Position numbers and translations under genes: made by a program
Source of the DNA: Dehalococcoidia bacterium
Lineage (GTDB): Bacteria; Chloroflexota; Dehalococcoidia; Plut-88900
Length of the DNA: 64,000 nt
Assembly: GCA_965116945.1 (NCBI GenBank)
Contig: OZ220734.1
Location: 1,906,709-1,970,708 of the forward strand
Reading direction: 5' to 3'
Shown here: positions 58,886 to 64,000 of the stretch, piece by piece
Position numbering within the stretch: the stretch's first letter is position 1
How the letters are laid out: each line of letters starts with the position of its first letter
The notes under the pieces: model-generated
Seen by the model: only the letters and a program-made list of their open reading frames with translations
What the model was told of the DNA's origin: nothing
Database searches by the model: none

Positions 58886-60580
58886 ATGACGGAAGCCTAC
58901 AAGCAGCTCAGAGAACGCGCTGACGCCGGTTGGGAAGCTCTCAGCAACGGCTCCCCAGTCCGAATCATGGTCGGCGCCGCTACCTGCGGTCGGGCCGCGG
59001 GCGGCCTGCAAGTGATCCAGGCTTTTGAAAAGGCCATTGCTGCGAATGGCCTCGAGGCCCGTGTCCACCGCGTCGGCTGTATCGGCCTCTGCTACGCCGA
59101 GGTGTTGGTAGACATAATAGTCCCCGGCCAACCACGCATAACTTACGCAAACGTCACCCCGGTATTAGCGGAGACCCTCGTCAAGGACTACCTCGTCGGC
59201 GGAAACCCCAGGTCAGACCTGGCCATCGGCATCAGGGGCGAAGGTTCCCTGGACGGAGTCCCCGCCCTGTTTGACATCCCCGACCTGAAACCCCAGGTCC
59301 GCGTCGCCATGCGCAATTGCGGAACAATCGATCCCTCAGATATCGACCAGTATATCGCCAACGGCGGTTACTCCGGCCTCGACCGTTGCCTGTCCGACAT
59401 GAAGCCCCCAGAAGTCATTGAGGAGGTCCTCAAGTCGGGGCTTAGAGGGAGGGGCGGGGCCGCATTCCCAGCCGCGATGAAGTGGCGCTTCCTGGCCAGC
59501 GCCCCCGGCCCGACCAAGTACATCCTCTGCAACGCCGAGGAAGGCGACCCTGGCGCCTACAACGACAAGGGCCTGCTTGAAAGCGACCCCCACACCGTCC
59601 TGGAAGGCATGACCATCGCTGGGTATGCCACCGCCGCCAGCAAAGGCTATGTCTTCATTCGTTGCGTCCACCGAGACGTAATCCGAACTACCCATACCGC
59701 CATCGATCAGGCCTACAAAGAAGGCCTGCTTGGCAAGAACATCCTTGGCACTGACTTCAACTTCGACATCGCAGTTGCTCTCACCGGCGAGTCCTATGTA
59801 TCCGGTGAAGAGACAGCCTTAATGGAGGCAATCGAAGGCAAGCGTGCCATGCCTCGGTACAGGCCCCCCTTCCCCGCCCAGGTCGGGCTCTGGGGCAAGC
59901 CCAGCAACATCAACAACGTTAAGACCTACGCTTACGTGCCGGAGGTCCTCCGCCAGGGCGGCGATTGGTACGCGAGTATCGGGACGGAACGGAGCAAGGG
60001 TACTGCCATTGTGTGCCTGACAGGCAATGTGGCCCGACCCCAGATGGCCGAAGTGCCCTTCGGCCTGACCCTCCGACAGGTCATAGATGACGTCGCCGGG
60101 GGTGTGAGTCCGGGCAACGAGATTAAGCTCCTCCAGACCGGCGGGCCCCTGGGTGGGTTCCTCGGCCCCTCCGAGATCGATGTCACCCTGGACTTTGATG
60201 AGATGGCCGGCAGGGGCGCAATCCTCGGCTCCGGCGGAATTATCGTCGGCGACGAAAGTTCTTGCCCGGTAGAAATGGCGTCAATCCTCGCCGATTTCAA
60301 CAATGAAGAGTCCTGCGGCAAATGCTTCCCCTGCCGTCTCGGGACCAAGCACATCCTCGAAAAATTCGAGACCATGACCGAAGGCAAAGCGCAGGAGGGG
60401 GACGTAGACAAGATGCTCGCCATGGGCGACACCCTTCTCACCTCCCTCTGCGGCCACGGCCAGCTCTCTGTCAACCCGATCAAATCCGCCGTCAAGTATT
60501 TTGAAGACGAACTGAACGCTCATATCATCGACAAGGTGTGCCCCGCCGGGAGGTGCGCCGCCCTCGCCAAGCCGAACTAG
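58886..60580 (+). CDS. fdsB: NuoF-like NAD(H)-binding FMN/4Fe-4S subunit with N-terminal NuoE-like domain (FdsB-type)
   Basis: GRGGAAFPAAMKW FMN site and ESCGKCFPCRLGT 4Fe-4S motif; 564 aa. Confidence 0.85.
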   Translation: MTEAYKQLRERADAGWEALSNGSPVRIMVGAATCGRAAGGLQVIQAFEKAIAANGLEARVHRVGCIGLCYAEVLVDIIVPGQPRITYANVTPVLAETLVKDYLVGGNPRSDLAIGIRGEGSLDGVPALFDIPDLKPQVRVAMRNCGTIDPSDIDQYIANGGYSGLDRCLSDMKPPEVIEEVLKSGLRGRGGAAFPAAMKWRFLASAPGPTKYILCNAEEGDPGAYNDKGLLESDPHTVLEGMTIAGYATAASKGYVFIRCVHRDVIRTTHTAIDQAYKEGLLGKNILGTDFNFDIAVALTGESYVSGEETALMEAIEGKRAMPRYRPPFPAQVGLWGKPSNINNVKTYAYVPEVLRQGGDWYASIGTERSKGTAIVCLTGNVARPQMAEVPFGLTLRQVIDDVAGGVSPGNEIKLLQTGGPLGGFLGPSEIDVTLDFDEMAGRGAILGSGGIIVGDESSCPVEMASILADFNNEESCGKCFPCRLGTKHILEKFETMTEGKAQEGDVDKMLAMGDTLLTSLCGHGQLSVNPIKSAVKYFEDELNAHIIDKVCPAGRCAALAKPN

Positions 60581-60590
60581 AGGTACACAC

Positions 60591-63290
60591 GTGGACGAAT
60601 TAAAGCTCACCGTAGACGGACAGGAGATCACGGCCAGGAAAGGCCAGACGATCATCGAGGCCGCTCGGGAGGCGGGCATCTACATCCCATACCTCTGCTG
60701 GCACCCGACTCTCAAGGCCTTCGGCGCCTGCCGCATGTGCGTGGTCCAGGTCGAAAGGATGCGAGGGACTCCGGCATCCTGCACAACGGGCGTAATGGAC
60801 GGCATGGTCGTCACGACCAAGGGCAGACAGATCGACGGGATCCGGCACAACATCATGGATATGATCCTGTCGGAGCATCCCCACGGCTGCCTGACCTGTC
60901 CCCGCATTGACCACTGCGGCCCCCAGGACACCTGCCTCCGTCACGCCAACGTCGTCGACCGCTGTGTCCTCTGTCCCCAGAACGAACGCTGTGAGTTGCA
61001 GGACGTTGTCTATCACCTCCAGATGAAGGACTCTGACCTCTCCTACGAATACCGGAACGTCCCCCTCGACTCCTCCAACCCCCTCATAGACCACGATATG
61101 AACCTCTGTATCGTCTGCGGACGCTGCGTAAGGGCCTGCAACGAGATAGAGGCCGCCAACGCCATCACCTTCATCGAAAGGGGAGACAGGACGCTTATAG
61201 GCACTTCCCTCGGCGGCTCCCTGTCCGACTCCGGCTGCACTTTCTGTGGCGCCTGCGTGGACGTCTGCCCCGTCGGAGCGATAACCGAGAAAGACAATAA
61301 ATGGACGGGCGCCCCCGAGAAGTCGGTCACGACTATCTGCTCTCACTGCAGCGTCGGCTGCCAGTTGGAACTTCTGGTTAAGAAGGACCGCGTCATCCGC
61401 TCCATCGCCGACCTCAGCGGGCCCGTTAACCAGGGCAATTCCTGCGCCAGGGGCAAGTTCGGCTACAAGTACATCCACAGCAACGACCGTATCACCACCC
61501 CCTACGTCAGGAAGAACGGCGAGCTGGTCGAAGCCACCTGGGAAGAGGCCCTGGACCTCGTCGCGGCTAAGCTCTCCGAGAATAAAGGCCCGGCCTTCGG
61601 CGCCGTCGCTTCCCCCCGGGCCACCAACGAGGAGAACTACCTTCTCCAGAAGTTCACCCGGGCGGTGATGGGATCCAACAACATAGATCATCCCGACTCC
61701 ACCTGCAATGCCGACGCCGTCTCCGCGCTTGGTGAAACTTTGGGTATCGGGGCCATGACCAACGGATTCCGCGAGCTGAGGGATTCCGGGTGCATCCTGG
61801 TCTACGGCAGCGACCTCACCTGGGACCACCCTGTGGCCGCCATCCAGGTCAAGGAGGCCGTCAACCGCGGCGCAACCCTCATCGTCGTCGACCCCGCAGA
61901 GACCGAGCTTTCCCTCATGGCAACCCACTGGCTGCGCCACTGGCCCGGAGCAGGGGTAGGTGTCCTAGCAGGCTTGGCTAAGGCCGTTCTCGATGAAGGC
62001 CTCAAGGACCAGGAATTCATCGACCGGCAGACCGAGGGCATCGATGCACTGAAAGACTCCCTTGACGGGACCACCGTGCAACAGTTCGCCGAGAGCACGG
62101 GCGTCGACCAGGAATTGCTCTTGAACGCCGCCAGGGCCTACGCTACCGCTGATTCATCGGCCATCCTATTCAGCACCTCCCGCTCCATCGAACCGGGTGC
62201 GGCCATCGCCCGGTCAGCAGCGAATCTGGCCCTGATTACTGGCAATCTGGGCAAGGGGTCGGCAGGCGTGAACCCCCTAAGGTCGGATGCCAACAGCCAG
62301 GGCACCACCGACATGGGCTGCTCTCCCTCCCTCCTCCCGGGCCACGTGTCCCTCGCAAACGGCGCCGAGACCTTTGGCAAGGCATGGGGCGCAGGCCTCC
62401 CATCGGAAGCGGGCTTGAGCTTGAACGAGATGACGGGTGTGGGCGGCGATAACGACCTGAAAGCCATGTTCATCTCCCTGGAGACCCAGCGCGAGACCTC
62501 TGACATTGACCCCCAGTCACTATCCTCCCTCGACTTTCTCGTTGTCCACGACCTCTTCTTCTCCGACGTCGCCCGGGCCGCCGACGTAGTGCTCCCTGCC
62601 GTCAGCGCCGCGGAAAAGGGCGGCACCTTCACTACCGTCGACCGCCGGATCCAGAAGGTCAACAAGGTCGTTGACCGGATTGGCGATTCCCGCACCGTAT
62701 CAGAGATTGTGAGCGCATTGGCCTCAGCAATGGGAGCGTCGGGCTTCGACTTCGATAGCTCTGCCGATGTCATGGGTGAAATCGCCTCCCTTGTCCCGTC
62801 CTACGGCGGCATCAGCCACGACCGCCTGGGTGTCGTAGGCCTCCAGTGGCCCTGCCCCGACCCCTCCCATTCCGGCACCCCCATTCTTCATGTGGAAGGC
62901 ATCGCCAGGGGTAAAGGCTTGCTTACTCCATTCGAGTCCAGTTCATACGCCCCACAGGTAGACCCGGACTACCCGATCTTCGTGATGAGTGGTGTTCTAC
63001 GGGAGATTAAGGGAGTCGTTGAGTTGGAAGGCCGTACGAGGGCGATGGTCAACGTAAACGATGCAAAGACGGCTGACATAAGCGACGGAGACGAGATCCA
63101 GGTCCTCACCCGTTCTGGAGCAGCAGACGCCGTGGCAACAGTTTGCGACTACGTCCCCGCCGGCGTGGTCCAGCTCTCCATCCCCCACACCGACGCCCTC
63201 GTCCAAGGCCTCAATCATGCTCCCGCAGCGTCGATGCCTCGCAGTGGGTCCAGGGCCAAATTGGCCAAGCTCGCTCCCGTAGTCGGCTAG
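60591..63290 (+). CDS. fdsA: NAD-dependent formate dehydrogenase alpha subunit (FdsA-type molybdopterin oxidoreductase with NuoG-like N-terminus)
   Basis: An N-terminal 2Fe-2S (CRMCVV) and two 4Fe-4S motifs, then CSHCSVGC...NSCARGKFG and the molybdopterin-binding and C-terminal beta-barrel domains; 899 aa. Confidence 0.85.
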   Translation: MDELKLTVDGQEITARKGQTIIEAAREAGIYIPYLCWHPTLKAFGACRMCVVQVERMRGTPASCTTGVMDGMVVTTKGRQIDGIRHNIMDMILSEHPHGCLTCPRIDHCGPQDTCLRHANVVDRCVLCPQNERCELQDVVYHLQMKDSDLSYEYRNVPLDSSNPLIDHDMNLCIVCGRCVRACNEIEAANAITFIERGDRTLIGTSLGGSLSDSGCTFCGACVDVCPVGAITEKDNKWTGAPEKSVTTICSHCSVGCQLELLVKKDRVIRSIADLSGPVNQGNSCARGKFGYKYIHSNDRITTPYVRKNGELVEATWEEALDLVAAKLSENKGPAFGAVASPRATNEENYLLQKFTRAVMGSNNIDHPDSTCNADAVSALGETLGIGAMTNGFRELRDSGCILVYGSDLTWDHPVAAIQVKEAVNRGATLIVVDPAETELSLMATHWLRHWPGAGVGVLAGLAKAVLDEGLKDQEFIDRQTEGIDALKDSLDGTTVQQFAESTGVDQELLLNAARAYATADSSAILFSTSRSIEPGAAIARSAANLALITGNLGKGSAGVNPLRSDANSQGTTDMGCSPSLLPGHVSLANGAETFGKAWGAGLPSEAGLSLNEMTGVGGDNDLKAMFISLETQRETSDIDPQSLSSLDFLVVHDLFFSDVARAADVVLPAVSAAEKGGTFTTVDRRIQKVNKVVDRIGDSRTVSEIVSALASAMGASGFDFDSSADVMGEIASLVPSYGGISHDRLGVVGLQWPCPDPSHSGTPILHVEGIARGKGLLTPFESSSYAPQVDPDYPIFVMSGVLREIKGVVELEGRTRAMVNVNDAKTADISDGDEIQVLTRSGAADAVATVCDYVPAGVVQLSIPHTDALVQGLNHAPAASMPRSGSRAKLAKLAPVVG

Positions 63291-63297
63291 GCACCCA

Positions 63298-63468
63298 TTG
63301 CGACGCCGGTTAGAGCTGACAGGCTGGGTGCTCTTTCTGGTCGGCACCTTGCTGTTTGCAGTCAATAGCTTTCGTGCCGAGGACTATTTGGGGGTCGGCG
63401 CAAGTCTTACTTTCTCTGTGGGATGCGTCCTTTTCATCACCGCATTCTTCATAGAGGACAAGCGGTAA
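63298..63468 (+). CDS. small hydrophobic protein (two predicted TM helices) immediately after fdsA
   Basis: A 57-codon frame from TTG (or a GTG further in) encoding ...LELTGWVLFLVGTLLFAVNSF...GVGASLTFSVGCVLFITAFFIEDKR. Supported only by position and hydrophobicity. Confidence 0.25.
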   Translation: MRRRLELTGWVLFLVGTLLFAVNSFRAEDYLGVGASLTFSVGCVLFITAFFIEDKR

Positions 63469-63586
63469 GCGCCTCACCCTTACTCTTCTCCCTCCAACCA
63501 TTAGGCCCGACTGGGAAATATAAGAGCGCGTAACTCCTCCCTTGTGGCAAGGTTCATTCCGGGTAGAATAGCAGCAGGTAATTCCC

Positions 63587-64000
63587 GTGACCGCCACCCC
63601 GATTCGCAAGCAATATCTAGGCATCAAGCGCCAGTACCCCGACGTTCTGGTCTTCTTTCGCCTGGGCGATTTCTACGAGACCTTCGACGAGGACGCCGAG
63701 ATAGTTTCGCGGGAGTTGTCCATCACCCTGACTTCCAGGGAGATGGGGCGAGGCAAGCGATTTCCGATGGCCGGTTTGCCCCATCACGCCCTGGAAGGCT
63801 ACCTCGCTAAACTGGTCAATCGGGGGTTCAAAGTCGCCATATGCGAGCAGGTTGGGGATTCGAATCCGGCCCGAGGCCTTGTCGAAAGGGAGGTGGTCAG
63901 AGTCGTCACCCCGGGTACGGTTGTCGAACCCGAAATCCTGGACCACAAGAGGAACAATTACCTCGTCTCAGTAGTGCAGGACGGTCCCGAGGCCGGGATA
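63587..64000 (+). CDS. mutS: DNA mismatch repair protein MutS (N-terminal part; continues beyond window)
   Basis: GTG start; (M)TATPIRKQYLGIKRQYPDVLVFFRLGDFYETFDEDA is the canonical MutS domain I. Confidence 0.85.
   Translation, partial: MTATPIRKQYLGIKRQYPDVLVFFRLGDFYETFDEDAEIVSRELSITLTSREMGRGKRFPMAGLPHHALEGYLAKLVNRGFKVAICEQVGDSNPARGLVEREVVRVVTPGTVVEPEILDHKRNNYLVSVVQDGPEAGI

Noticed and set aside
60600-61940. 446-aa minus-strand ORF
   Set aside because: Antisense to fdsA.
63841-63870. GGGGATTCGAATCC tRNA T-arm-like string
   Set aside because: It lies inside the conserved MutS N-terminal coding sequence (CEQVGDSNPARG) and cannot be completed into a cloverleaf.

Overview
This is a GC-rich (~60%) chromosomal segment with Chloroflexi/SAR202-like gene content: family-III CoA-transferase paralogs, amidohydrolases, and the TIGR03662/TIGR03663 YYY membrane-protein pair. 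On the left it carries katG preceded by an unusual ~1.3 kb non-coding region. From about 4.1 to 27 kb there is a dense catabolic supercluster: three CaiB/BaiF CoA-transferases, an FAD amine oxidase, two agmatinase-family ureohydrolases, a creatinase-like M24 protein, an amidase, and two tandem PotD/F-like lipoprotein binding proteins. Inside it, LutABC and a LivKHMGF-type ABC transporter appear to form one eight-gene operon. Housekeeping genes follow: tRNA-Arg(TCT), larB, pcm, gatB, secG, cysS, ispDF, ispE, ksgA, cca, rnc, ftsY, and a Bacillus-type long SRP RNA (ffs) sitting in what looks like empty intergenic space. After these come the YYY/GT39-like/flippase-like/FAD-oxidoreductase envelope cluster, an fdsGBA-type NAD-linked formate dehydrogenase operon, and the start of mutS. 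The most notable non-obvious signals are listed next. (1) A DsbA-like gene has an in-frame UGA at the CxxC position, followed at +12 nt by a hairpin starting GGUUGCAG as in the E. coli fdhF SECIS; this is a probable selenoprotein. A SnoaL-like gene has a second in-frame UGA. (2) A ~250-300 bp promoter-plus-leader module is duplicated in inverted orientation upstream of katG and of the fds operon, each ~750-800 nt from the coding start. (3) A 35-bp perfect AT-rich palindrome is repeated in two divergent intergenic regions, with G-quadruplex-like tracts nearby. No CRISPR array, transposase, or phage genes were seen.
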